64,000 nt of DNA, from the sequence record MN445185.1; one strand, given 5' to 3'. The notes under the pieces were generated by a model. That model did no database searches, was not told the DNA's origin, and saw only the letters and a program-made list of their open reading frames with translations. The translations under genes were made by a program, and so were the position numbers. Shown in pieces: positions 36,754 to 45,584 of this stretch (position 1 is the stretch's first letter; every line of letters starts with the position of its first letter).

Positions 36754-37752
36754 ATGAAAACTGTGGCTAAATTGTTTCGCACCAGCATCCGCACTGCCGA
36801 GTTCCGAAATAACGTCGGTACCGATACTGTACGAGCACGCCGCCTAAAAGAGTTTCTAAAGGACGAGACTTATTCTGTTTACGTGGTGAAGAATAAAGAA
36901 ACCTGGGAGGGTTATTTAGTGGCCACCTATCGACACGGTGACCCTACACTAACCTGTCACTATTTTGAGGAGTTTGTACCTGGGGCGTTCGATAAAGTTG
37001 GTTTGGCCCTTGTGCTCGACCATACCGGATTCGAATATATGTCGTGCCCAGCACCTACTGACGATGTTGAACAAAAACTGGTCGAAAAAGGGTTTGTTCT
37101 TTCAGATATCGTTTGGGCATGTCATTCCAAACTGTTTGACAAAGTAATAACCGCACCGGAAATCAAGATTATTTCTGGTGATGCATACGCAGAACTTACC
37201 AAGGATGATAAAGACGTTATCCTGAATTTGATTAGCGGTGCAATTTGCGAAGAGCTAGAATACGATATGCGTGGCTACTATACGCACATTGGTCCGTTAG
37301 CAGAAACAGTAATAGCAAGAATTCAGCACGCTAATGTGGAGACTGCAATTTGGCGAGACGGTCATGATATCGTCGGTATTGCCCAGATGCGCTTGGTTAC
37401 ACCAGGCGTCGTTGAACTTTCTGGTTTAACCGTTGCACCCACGCACCGTAAACGTGGCATTGGTCGCCGGCTAATGGGCGCGCTATTCGATTTCGCACAA
37501 CGTCATTCCGACCAAGTCTATATTGAAACAGCTGCTGATAATAATCCAGCAAATCACCTGTATGGCAACATCTTACGTTGCAAGCAGGTACTGCGTACAC
37601 TAACGTTGAAACGCGATCCTGAACTTATTAGCTGGAAACGGGTGAATGGAAACCGCGCCGATCGTGTGCTGAAAGAAGAACCTAGCTTTCCGGTGGAGAC
37701 TACAACCAGGCTGACTATTAGTGATATGTTTCAATCTGGCATGAGAGGATGA
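36754..37752 (+). CDS. GNAT acetyltransferase with degenerate N-terminal GNAT-like domain
   Basis: C-domain: LSGLTVAPTHRKRGIGRRLM and NNPANHLY; N-domain ends QKLVEKGF. Confidence 0.85.
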   Translation: MKTVAKLFRTSIRTAEFRNNVGTDTVRARRLKEFLKDETYSVYVVKNKETWEGYLVATYRHGDPTLTCHYFEEFVPGAFDKVGLALVLDHTGFEYMSCPAPTDDVEQKLVEKGFVLSDIVWACHSKLFDKVITAPEIKIISGDAYAELTKDDKDVILNLISGAICEELEYDMRGYYTHIGPLAETVIARIQHANVETAIWRDGHDIVGIAQMRLVTPGVVELSGLTVAPTHRKRGIGRRLMGALFDFAQRHSDQVYIETAADNNPANHLYGNILRCKQVLRTLTLKRDPELISWKRVNGNRADRVLKEEPSFPVETTTRLTISDMFQSGMRG

Positions 37753-37758
37753 TAACGG

Positions 37759-38577
37759 GTGATAAGACCAATTTTAAAATGGATGGGTGGTAAGAGTCGT
37801 GTACTGCCCGAGCTGCTACAGGTGTTTCCGGATGCTGAGTATTTCGTTGAACCTTTTGTGGGCGCAGGGTCAGTGTTTTTAAACACTAAATACCCGAACT
37901 ATATTCTCGGCGACACGAACCCGGACTTAATCGAGTTACTGACCATGGCGCGCGATCGTCCGGAAGCGCTGATTCTGGAAGCAAAGGCGCTCTTTGCAAA
38001 TGGGACGGACCGCGGTCTGTACATGAAACGGCGTGAGGAATTTAACAGCGAGACAACCACGGGGAAACCTAATCTCCAGCGCGCCGCGATGTTCCTGTAT
38101 CTTACACGTCATGGTTACAATGGTTTGTGCAGATACAATCAGTCGGGTGGGTTTAACGTGCCCTATGGTCAACACCCGAACGGTGTCTATTTCCCTGAAG
38201 AGGAAATTCTGGCGTGGGCAAAACGTTGTTCGGAAACCAACGTCGAGCTGCTCTGCGCGGACTTCCGCGATATCCTAAATAAATGCCCATCTAACGCTGT
38301 GATATACGCTGACCCGCCCTATATCCCTCTTTCGGATACGGCTAAACACGCGCAGTATCACAGCAAAGAATTTTCACAAGCTGACCACCGCGAGTTAGCG
38401 AAACTTTTAAAACAACAAGCTGCCGATGGCAATAAGGTCGTTCTGTCAAACGCAGATACGTTACTCACACGCGATATTTATTACGGCTTTACTTGGCGCG
38501 AAGTTCAGGTAGGTCGATATATGTCTGCGGATGCGAATAAGCGTAAAGCGGTGACGGAGCTAATCGGCACCTTATAA
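37759..38577 (+). CDS. dam: DNA adenine methyltransferase (Dam/D12 class)
   Basis: LKWMGGK, FVEPFVGAGSV, NQSGGFNVPYG, IYADPPY, VVLSN. Confidence 0.95.
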   Translation: MIRPILKWMGGKSRVLPELLQVFPDAEYFVEPFVGAGSVFLNTKYPNYILGDTNPDLIELLTMARDRPEALILEAKALFANGTDRGLYMKRREEFNSETTTGKPNLQRAAMFLYLTRHGYNGLCRYNQSGGFNVPYGQHPNGVYFPEEEILAWAKRCSETNVELLCADFRDILNKCPSNAVIYADPPYIPLSDTAKHAQYHSKEFSQADHRELAKLLKQQAADGNKVVLSNADTLLTRDIYYGFTWREVQVGRYMSADANKRKAVTELIGTL

Positions 38578-38586
38578 GGTACCAAC

Positions 38587-39390
38587 ATGCAACTATTTAA
38601 TCTATACGGTATGGACAAAAATGACCTGACCGTAGAGTTTAGTGGTCGATTGACCACCTTGGGGCAACTCCGTGAACGGATTCAAGATTTGCGACCCGTC
38701 GCAGACCAAGAAGACGATCATTGGTTAGTGTTGAGCAATAGCGGTCGTGCGCAAATGTATTTTCGTGGATGTCGTTCAGGTATTGTTTACTACATCTACG
38801 AGTTGCACGTGCTTTCCGAGCCCCTGTTCCACGAGTGGAAGCGTTTAACGCGACTCCTGGAAGTGCAGATGCTCGATATTACCTGCTTTCCGCATGACAC
38901 TGAGCACGCAGCACTATACCAGCGCCTGGGGTTCGAAGCTGTAACGAAGCGTGTGGAGATTACTGTCAGTCCGAAATACGGCTTTACGTCAGACCCATCA
39001 GTTGTCCCGTTGGAGACATTGTCATTAGAACAAACCCAGGATGTTTGCTATCTGATGCGACCTACGCTAAAAGACGCAGGAACGCGTGAGATGTTGGGTG
39101 AATTAGCAAATGGTTTTGTCTCTGCGTTCGTGGGGTTGCACGGCCAGAAACCGTTTTCATTAATGCTTTATAAGGAATTCCCGAAGTGCATCATTACTGA
39201 GCAATTCTGCTGCCAAACTTTTGACCCGGTTGCTTACTCGGTAGAGTTTCTAAAACACTACCACGCTATTTTGCATTTGGCGGGACAGAAAGGTAAGAAG
39301 GTCAACATGGGTGTTGCGATAGAGCACGAGTTTCCTTCTATCGAAGGGTTAGAGTATCGTGTAATCACGCACCACTACACCCTTGCGTAA
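38587..39390 (+). CDS. Possible degenerate tandem-GNAT-fold protein
   Basis: EHAALYQRLGFEAV resembles GNAT motif B; no clear motif A. Confidence 0.45.
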   Translation: MQLFNLYGMDKNDLTVEFSGRLTTLGQLRERIQDLRPVADQEDDHWLVLSNSGRAQMYFRGCRSGIVYYIYELHVLSEPLFHEWKRLTRLLEVQMLDITCFPHDTEHAALYQRLGFEAVTKRVEITVSPKYGFTSDPSVVPLETLSLEQTQDVCYLMRPTLKDAGTREMLGELANGFVSAFVGLHGQKPFSLMLYKEFPKCIITEQFCCQTFDPVAYSVEFLKHYHAILHLAGQKGKKVNMGVAIEHEFPSIEGLEYRVITHHYTLA

Positions 39391-39399
39391 GGAGAGAAT

Positions 39400-40212
39400 A
39401 TGCTGAGAGTTATCGAACGCACGGAGAGGATTCTGGACCGAACGTGGTTGGAAGACCGTAAGGCGTTATCGTTGTTAAATGATATCGATCCTTCCACGTT
39501 ACAAGATGAACGTCGTCTTTACTACCGAATCTTTGAAGTGTTCAGTCGGGACACGGTTGAGCCTGACGCGATCGTGCTCTGTCTGGACCACGGATACATG
39601 TTAGAAGTTATCAATATGGTTCGTGCTTTAGACGCCCAGTTAACCTCGCTTGCGGATTCCTTACTTCGTGCAGCTGGGCGTAACTACGCGATGCATTTTA
39701 CTCGTTCTGAAGGGGACGAATATGCACGCATGGGCTTTTGTTGCGAAACGATAAACTACCGCAAAATTAATACATTGGTGCCTAGCCACGATGAGGATTT
39801 CTGTGGGGATGTCAGTTCGTTGTTCGATAGTAAGAAAGCGTTCTTGGATTGGGTTAGAATGCTTTACGGTAAAAGCTCTATCTACTCAACGCTCGTTACG
39901 GGCGGGAGGCTGATGTCGTGGCGAAACGCTGATAGCTACAAGTTGACAGTGCTTTCGCACCGTGGGCATCGCTGGGTTATCGGTGGATGGTTTACCGCAG
40001 AAGGGGTGGTTACTCTAAGCCGAGAGGAGTTCGGGCTGTTGATGCACTGTATCCAGTCTGAATTACCAGTGGGGGATGAACTGATTTACACCTACCACCA
40101 ATATACTGGGGGGCCTGCCGCAATGTGGTTATTAGAAAACGGTTGGCTACCCGAAAGTTATGTCTACGGACGTGCCCTGAAAACTACTAATGGAGAAAAT
40201 AATGCAAATTAA
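39400..40212 (+). CDS. Possible degenerate tandem-GNAT-fold protein
   Basis: DEYARMGF and AAMWLLENGW motif-B-like segments in each half. Confidence 0.4.
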   Translation: MLRVIERTERILDRTWLEDRKALSLLNDIDPSTLQDERRLYYRIFEVFSRDTVEPDAIVLCLDHGYMLEVINMVRALDAQLTSLADSLLRAAGRNYAMHFTRSEGDEYARMGFCCETINYRKINTLVPSHDEDFCGDVSSLFDSKKAFLDWVRMLYGKSSIYSTLVTGGRLMSWRNADSYKLTVLSHRGHRWVIGGWFTAEGVVTLSREEFGLLMHCIQSELPVGDELIYTYHQYTGGPAAMWLLENGWLPESYVYGRALKTTNGENNAN

Positions 40213-40480
40213 TCGTACAGTGTCGAAGTCTAAAGAAGTCGTTTACAACGTTGAAGACGGTGATGTAATGCAGTTCCGTGCCGTTATTGACGAACAGCAC
40301 GTACTCCAAGTTGTTTATTCGAAAGAAGAGATGACTCGTGCACATAGTCGCGTGTTGGAAAAACTCGTCGCGAAAGCCAAACAGCGCGACGGTATTAAAT
40401 CCTACAACGTCATGTACGGTTATCAGTTACGTGAGGTGGAAGGGGAGCTGTTAATCACCCCTGTTCCGGTAACGGCATAA
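40202..40480 (+). CDS. Hypothetical protein
   Basis: GGAG RBS before ATG 40202. Confidence 0.7.
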   Translation: MQINRTVSKSKEVVYNVEDGDVMQFRAVIDEQHVLQVVYSKEEMTRAHSRVLEKLVAKAKQRDGIKSYNVMYGYQLREVEGELLITPVPVTA

Positions 40481-40520
40481 TTCGCCATTGTATGACCCTT
40501 AAATACCGTTGAGGTTAACT

Positions 40521-41003
40521 ATGGATATGATCGAATTAGGTCAGCTCCCTCAGCACGATTTTGATTTAGGCGTGCGTCATGAGGAAGGGGCCGACGCGAA
40601 CACACTAATGGCCCGCTACTACGAGCTACTGACCGGTCAACCGTTGGACGATGAACACATCAACCGTTTTGAAAAACTGTTGGCACAACTCATCACCTCT
40701 AACGCAGAACGCATTGGCATGTTAAACGAAATGAACTTTGCTGATGTGGAGCCGTCTGACGCTCAGAAGATTCTTATCGATGGTCCTGTACCAAGCGATG
40801 AGGTACAAGACCTTCTGGCAGGTATCCGTGCAGGCTTCGATGAAGCTGCTGAGAAATACGCGGAAGAGCTGGCAGATGTCGATTTGGCTGCGCCGGTTGA
40901 CCCGAATCCGTCTGCAGAGGAGACTGCAGCTGCGAAATTGAAACTCGCACGCTTTATCTGTGCTGCTGTCCTGACAGACGACCGCGAAGAAAACCAACTG
41001 TAA
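40521..41003 (+). CDS. Highly acidic helical protein
   Basis: 35 D/E against about 12 K/R; GAGG RBS; TATG at 40491; own terminator. Confidence 0.7.
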   Translation: MDMIELGQLPQHDFDLGVRHEEGADANTLMARYYELLTGQPLDDEHINRFEKLLAQLITSNAERIGMLNEMNFADVEPSDAQKILIDGPVPSDEVQDLLAGIRAGFDEAAEKYAEELADVDLAAPVDPNPSAEETAAAKLKLARFICAAVLTDDREENQL

Positions 41004-41008
41004 GGTCT

Positions 41009-41046
41009 ACCTCCTTGCCCATGGGTAAGGAGGTCCCTTTTTATTT
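41009..41046 (+). terminator. Rho-independent terminator
   Basis: ACCTCCTTGCC/GGTAAGGAGGT stem followed by a T-tract. Confidence 0.8.
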
Positions 41047-41067
41047 ACATCAGTCCACTAACTTATG
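41045..41067 (+). promoter_or_regulatory. TTAC-N15-TATG promoter candidate
   Basis: Exact spacing after the terminator; upstream of 41100. Confidence 0.55.
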
Positions 41068-41099
41068 TGAAACAACCCACGTAATGAGGAATTAAGAGA

Positions 41100-41417
41100 A
41101 TGTGGTTAAGTGCTATTCATCGTGACCTGCCAAAACGTGAAGTGACTCTTTCTGTCGATGCGGAACCGATTACCGTTGGTGTCGCAAACTTCGACCGTAT
41201 GGAAGAAGGACAGTATGTCGTGGTGGACAACGATGAAAACGAATTCATGTTATTCCATCCCGAAGTTGATGCGTCTGAAATCCGCGAGGGTTCTATCTTG
41301 TTTTCTTGGCAAGACAAAGAAACTAAACAGTGGATGTGGTGCGTTGCTAACACAACCAATGAAAAAGGTACCGCGTATGCCCCAGGACAGCTTCATGTCG
41401 AACCTAAACCCCATTGA
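41100..41417 (+). CDS. Hypothetical acidic beta-rich protein
   Basis: 105 aa, GAGGA RBS. Confidence 0.7.
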   Translation: MWLSAIHRDLPKREVTLSVDAEPITVGVANFDRMEEGQYVVVDNDENEFMLFHPEVDASEIREGSILFSWQDKETKQWMWCVANTTNEKGTAYAPGQLHVEPKPH

Positions 41418-41709
41418 GCCCACGCTGACGCACCAGGAACTGCACGTCCGTTTTATTCGGGCGTTCACACCCCCGTTAGGTGGTGAGGTACACGATCGTT
41501 CCGTGGTTGCAGAAGTTAAAGGTATCGGCGAAGAACTAATGACACTGTCTAATATTGTGACGGGTGTTGAGTTCACGTTACCGTTAAACGTATTTCGGTT
41601 TATTCCGCGCGTAAACGAAACGCTGCTCATCGACCGTGTACATCATCGGATTATGGCGCAGGTACATCCTAGCCGTAAAGAGTATGTGCGCTTAGAGATG
41701 ATGGTCTAA
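41395..41709 (+). CDS. Hypothetical protein
   Basis: Probable start ATG 41395 within track ORF 41158-41709; AGGA upstream. Confidence 0.55.
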   Translation: MSNLNPIEPTLTHQELHVRFIRAFTPPLGGEVHDRSVVAEVKGIGEELMTLSNIVTGVEFTLPLNVFRFIPRVNETLLIDRVHHRIMAQVHPSRKEYVRLEMMV

Positions 41710-41717
41710 CGCACGAC

Positions 41718-41744
41718 TTTTCAGATAGATGTTATTTTACTGAA
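41718..41744 (+). promoter_or_regulatory. Early-type promoter, AGATAGATRTTAT class
   Basis: TTTTCAGATAGATGTTATTTTACTGAA. Confidence 0.65.
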
Positions 41745-41771
41745 CCTAACTGTAAAGAAAGGAAAAAGTAG

Positions 41772-42077
41772 ATGGCTAAACAATACATAATTGTTAAACG
41801 CGCAGGTACGACTCTGCTGTACGTGGAGAAAGGTTGTGAGAACACTGCAACCGCCAAGAAACTGAATCTGCAAGGGTTTCTGTATCAAGGTCTCCGCGCG
41901 GGTTTGACCATCACTTTTAAAGGCTTACCACAGGCGAAGAATCTGCGCGTCGTACGTGCAGACGGTGTAGAGCGTGCCTTGGTAGCCGACACCCCGGTTG
42001 ATACTATCCCTGCCAGTAAGAAGGCAGCGAAAGCAACCAAGAAAGTCGACGATAAACGCAAACGCGTTGTCGCTTAA
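41772..42077 (+). CDS. Small basic protein
   Basis: 101 aa, Lys/Arg-rich tail KKAAKATKKVDDKRKR. Confidence 0.7.
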   Translation: MAKQYIIVKRAGTTLLYVEKGCENTATAKKLNLQGFLYQGLRAGLTITFKGLPQAKNLRVVRADGVERALVADTPVDTIPASKKAAKATKKVDDKRKRVVA

Positions 42078-42083
42078 GTAGTC

Positions 42084-42123
42084 CCCTACCTAACTTCGGT
42101 TAGGTAGGGTTCTTTTTATTTTT
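42084..42123 (+). terminator. Rho-independent terminator
   Basis: CCCTACCTAAC-TTCG-GTTAGGTAGGG followed by a T-tract. Confidence 0.9.
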
Positions 42124-42143
42124 AACCCTCTGAGGGATATACC

Positions 42144-42596
42144 GTGTTTCAATGTTCAGTCGTCAATGATGCGGAATTGGCCGTGTACAAGCAGCGCACA
42201 ATCCGGGCGCTGGATGCTGAAAAACCAGTCGATGTTAAAACGCGTGCAATCATTAGGGCATTTAGCGAATGGCCGAACATCGCAACCGTTTGGGCATTCA
42301 CGGGAGAAGTTCGCAAAGACGGAGACAAGCTTCGTACACGTAGACACCACAGCTTAACATTTGTGGCAACCGAGGCGGGTCTTAAAGACATTAACCATTT
42401 ATTAGAAGGATGGCAGCCGCACGAGTACGGGAAACGTTTTCAGTTAAACTTTACTTGGCTGCGTCAAGAAGGCAATGCGAATCTCTGTTATCCAAGCTGG
42501 ACGTTTAGACTCAACTATCGACCCGACCCAGATGTGGTGGAAAGTGTGATGGAGCACTGGCTCGCACTCGCAATTTTTACAGAACACAACCATTAA
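42144..42596 (+). CDS. Hypothetical protein, likely paralog of 42625-43095
   Basis: VDVKTRAIIRAFSEWPNIATVWAFTG aligns with VEKGVRDACEVICSYPGATTMWSCHG. Confidence 0.6.
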   Translation: MFQCSVVNDAELAVYKQRTIRALDAEKPVDVKTRAIIRAFSEWPNIATVWAFTGEVRKDGDKLRTRRHHSLTFVATEAGLKDINHLLEGWQPHEYGKRFQLNFTWLRQEGNANLCYPSWTFRLNYRPDPDVVESVMEHWLALAIFTEHNH

Positions 42597-42624
42597 ATGA
42601 AGACACCCTTAAGGAGAATTAAAG

Positions 42625-43095
42625 ATGCCAGTTTTATACGGCGGCGTGGACCTGGATGTTCTGGGTCGGTTTAAACTACGAACGTCTAAGGCGCTCGTAA
42701 ACGGTTGGGTTGAGAAAGGCGTACGGGATGCGTGTGAGGTCATTTGTAGTTATCCTGGTGCCACGACAATGTGGTCGTGTCATGGACACGGACCATATTC
42801 TAAAAAGAACACACCGGGGGAATTTCATGTGGTGTTCGTTCTTGGCATCGGCTTTGAACACAAAGCACATGAGCTTGTCGCTGAGTTAATGAAAGCGGAT
42901 ATTCCGCCACTGTGGGATTTGTGCATGGCGAGACTCTTGTACCCTGATGAGGATTTCGTCTACGACCTCAGCGAGATCACCCTGAAGAACACGTATAACG
43001 CATGGAAAATAACGTATCGGCATCTGCATACCGAACAAACTCTTCGCGAAATTCGTAAAGTATTCCACACTGTCTGTAAAAAGGTTTTTAACTAA
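42625..43095 (+). CDS. Hypothetical protein with Tyw3-like T..SC.GH motif
   Basis: PGATTMWSCHGH; AAGGAG RBS. Confidence 0.6.
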   Translation: MPVLYGGVDLDVLGRFKLRTSKALVNGWVEKGVRDACEVICSYPGATTMWSCHGHGPYSKKNTPGEFHVVFVLGIGFEHKAHELVAELMKADIPPLWDLCMARLLYPDEDFVYDLSEITLKNTYNAWKITYRHLHTEQTLREIRKVFHTVCKKVFN

Positions 43096-43793
43096 TGGCT
43101 AAGCAAAAGAAACCCCGTAACAAAAAGTATAACCCAAAAGCTGCTACAGAGCGTACAGCGCACACCATCGCTGAAAACGCGCTGAACCGCATCACCTTTA
43201 TTGGCAGCTCCATTCGTCGCCTCGGACCGTACGCGGGCCGTGGTTTTCACTTTACGGCAAGTCCTCGTATTCGTGCTATCGCCACAGATATGTTAGTCGG
43301 TGGGCTGTTCGACCAACCGCGACCATGGCATCTTTGGGTGATGCACCTCACTGAACTCGACACCGGTGAAATTGTAACAGAAACCGCAGTTGCCACACTT
43401 GACGATTATACTTTGGCGGACTTCTGTGAACACGCTGAGAAGTTAGTTAAATCGCTACGTCCTGAACAGGAAGAAGGGAAATATTTCGGTTATGCGTTTG
43501 TGGCCGCCCCGAACGAGCGGTACGACTTCAAAGCGGAAGAAGACCAACTCATTGAAAACTTCATGCATTCTGGACTACTTGATACGTCGTTACATCTGTC
43601 GGAAGAACAACAGTTCGTTAGTCGTGCAGAAATGGCCAACCTGCTCGTTGGTTATACTCGGAAGTTTGACGTGACCGTTGAACACGTCAAAGAAGTACCA
43701 GAGATTGTGAGCAAGAAAGACGAGGTGGTGCTTCCGGTTGACGAGGTTGTCAGTAAAGTAGCGACTGCGATAGGGGCAACGGGGGATTACTGA
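43095..43793 (+). CDS. Hypothetical protein
   Basis: 232 aa, basic N-terminus KQKKPRNKKYNPK, coupled start. Confidence 0.7.
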   Translation: MAKQKKPRNKKYNPKAATERTAHTIAENALNRITFIGSSIRRLGPYAGRGFHFTASPRIRAIATDMLVGGLFDQPRPWHLWVMHLTELDTGEIVTETAVATLDDYTLADFCEHAEKLVKSLRPEQEEGKYFGYAFVAAPNERYDFKAEEDQLIENFMHSGLLDTSLHLSEEQQFVSRAEMANLLVGYTRKFDVTVEHVKEVPEIVSKKDEVVLPVDEVVSKVATAIGATGDY

Positions 43794-44002
43794 TGAATCT
43801 ACGTTGGCCGATCGCGGCTGCTGTGTTGTTTTGTATTTATATCGCCATCAGCACCAGTACCCGCACTGCAGAACGTCGCGAGACCGCAACCAGTACGTTT
43901 AGGATGTGCATTGACCGCGTAGACCCGAACAGTACCACTTATCCTGACGCGGTGAACGCGTGTCGCAAAGCGGTTGCTGAGATATTGAAAGAGGAAAAAT
44001 AA
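43793..44002 (+). CDS. Small single-pass membrane protein with Cys pair
   Basis: WPIAAAVLFCIYIAI TM segment; MCIDR...NACRK. Confidence 0.7.
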   Translation: MNLRWPIAAAVLFCIYIAISTSTRTAERRETATSTFRMCIDRVDPNSTTYPDAVNACRKAVAEILKEEK

Positions 44003-44229
44003 TGGAAAACCTTACGCCGATTGAGATAGTGGCGCTATTCGACCGTTACGTATACGGACAAACGCAGGCAAAGAAAATGCTGGCGATTGCGCTACGTAAT
44101 CGATATCGTGCCAATAAACTCAACGTAGTGGACCGTATGTCGGTCCACAAACAGAACCTTTTAATAGAAGGTCCAACAGGCACGGGTAAAACGGCGTTGA
44201 TGCGTGAAGAAAAACAGAAACAAAAGTGA
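44002..44229 (+). pseudogene. hslU: N-terminal fragment of HslU (ClpY) AAA+ ATPase
   Basis: LTPIEIV..FDRYVYGQTQAKKMLAIALRNRYR...NLLIEGPTGTGKT matches the HslU N-terminus; stops 11 aa after Walker A. Confidence 0.85.
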
Positions 44230-44237
44230 GGTAAAGG

Positions 44238-45245
44238 ATGGCGAAGCTCGTTTCGTTTTCAGCAGGGTTGGATTCCACCTGGATAATGTATCAGCTGCTA
44301 TGCAAAGCACCGGCCAATGAAGCACGACATGTCCGTCCTGCGTATTTCTCCATGTGGAATGGAGGTAACGCGAACTTCATGGAAATTCTTTGTAGCGTGG
44401 CCATTGTTGAACGGTTGATGGATAGACACCATGCACAAACCGAACATGTTACATGGGCGGTGCTCGGGGAAGAGAACTTCCAGCCTGTCGTTACCGCTGG
44501 ATATGCTAACGGCTGGTCGCCTCTGGTTCAGCAGGGCAATGTTGTTAACGGTCTCGCTAAACTGATGTGTGGTATTACGCGCAAACAGCACCACGCCTAT
44601 GCAGTTGTTGGTTGGAATAAGCTAGATGCGTTGGAGAATAGTCTAGAGCTGGGAGATTGGACATTAGACGAGTACGCTCGCTTAAAGAACCTCTATAGCG
44701 AATTGATGTATTTCCAAGATCATGCCGGTCGCGTTCCACCGCTTCTAACACCTGCGTGGGATAAAGAGAAACTGGAAATGTGGCAGGAGTTGCCGGAAGA
44801 TATTCGTAGGTTGGTACAGGTCAGTAACAACAACAACTACGAATTCGCGATAGACCGTGAGAATAACGTGCTCATCGTTTATGCCCATCCGTCGGCAAAG
44901 TCGCAGAATTATCGTAGTCTTGGTATTACACCGTCAGTGGGATGGGAGATTAAAATCAACGATGCTTACAGACGGGTATGGTGTTCTGCTCTCGGTAGTG
45001 CTATTTCTGCTATGGGTTTGGGCGTACCGGCTTTTGCTAACTTTAAGGACCCGGAAAGAAACCACACGACCTTTACGGTAAGTGAAGATACTAACCGGTT
45101 ATGTATCACATCGTTTACCGCGGAAGAGTGGTGCGCGTATGCGCCACATTTTAAAGCGCTTCAGGAGAAAGAAAAAGAGATAGCGAAAAATGCCAAAGCA
45201 AGTAAAGCTGTGGACGCTCCAACTGGCGAAGTGGCGGATAGCTGA
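44238..45245 (+). CDS. PP-loop (QueC/adenine nucleotide alpha-hydrolase-like) protein
   Basis: N-terminal LVSFSAGLDST (SGGxDS variant); LLTPAWDKEKLEMW. Confidence 0.7.
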   Translation: MAKLVSFSAGLDSTWIMYQLLCKAPANEARHVRPAYFSMWNGGNANFMEILCSVAIVERLMDRHHAQTEHVTWAVLGEENFQPVVTAGYANGWSPLVQQGNVVNGLAKLMCGITRKQHHAYAVVGWNKLDALENSLELGDWTLDEYARLKNLYSELMYFQDHAGRVPPLLTPAWDKEKLEMWQELPEDIRRLVQVSNNNNYEFAIDRENNVLIVYAHPSAKSQNYRSLGITPSVGWEIKINDAYRRVWCSALGSAISAMGLGVPAFANFKDPERNHTTFTVSEDTNRLCITSFTAEEWCAYAPHFKALQEKEKEIAKNAKASKAVDAPTGEVADS

Positions 45246-45573
45246 AAAACGGAATTTGCCAAAGCTGGATATAACGGTTAAGTCGGGGCTGAAATATTTG
45301 GCACCCGACTGGGACTTTCTGATGGACTACAAGAAGTCTGACAAAGGCCCCGACGCAGAAGCTGCGTATACCAAACGCTACCTGCAGAAACTTAGTCGGT
45401 TGTTTGATGAAGACACTGATAAGTTGATAGAGATTCTCCGCCAGGGCGAGGTCGTACTAATGTGCTATTGCCCACCGGGGAAATTCTGTCATCGCCACTT
45501 GCTAGTTTCTTACCTTATTGAAATCGGTGAGTGGTTCGGTTATGAAGTAATTTACATGGGCGAGTTATCGTAA
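45190..45573 (+). CDS. DUF488/YeaO-like protein
   Basis: DITVKSG, LAPDW, Y.KRY, VLMCYCPPGKFCHRHLL. Confidence 0.7.
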   Translation: MPKQVKLWTLQLAKWRIAEKRNLPKLDITVKSGLKYLAPDWDFLMDYKKSDKGPDAEAAYTKRYLQKLSRLFDEDTDKLIEILRQGEVVLMCYCPPGKFCHRHLLVSYLIEIGEWFGYEVIYMGELS

Positions 45574-45584
45574 GGAGAGTCCTC

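Noticed and set aside
44238-45245. Calling the PP-loop gene queC and inferring 7-deazaguanine DNA modification
   Set aside because: QueC zinc-binding Cys motif not seen and no partner pathway genes in the window
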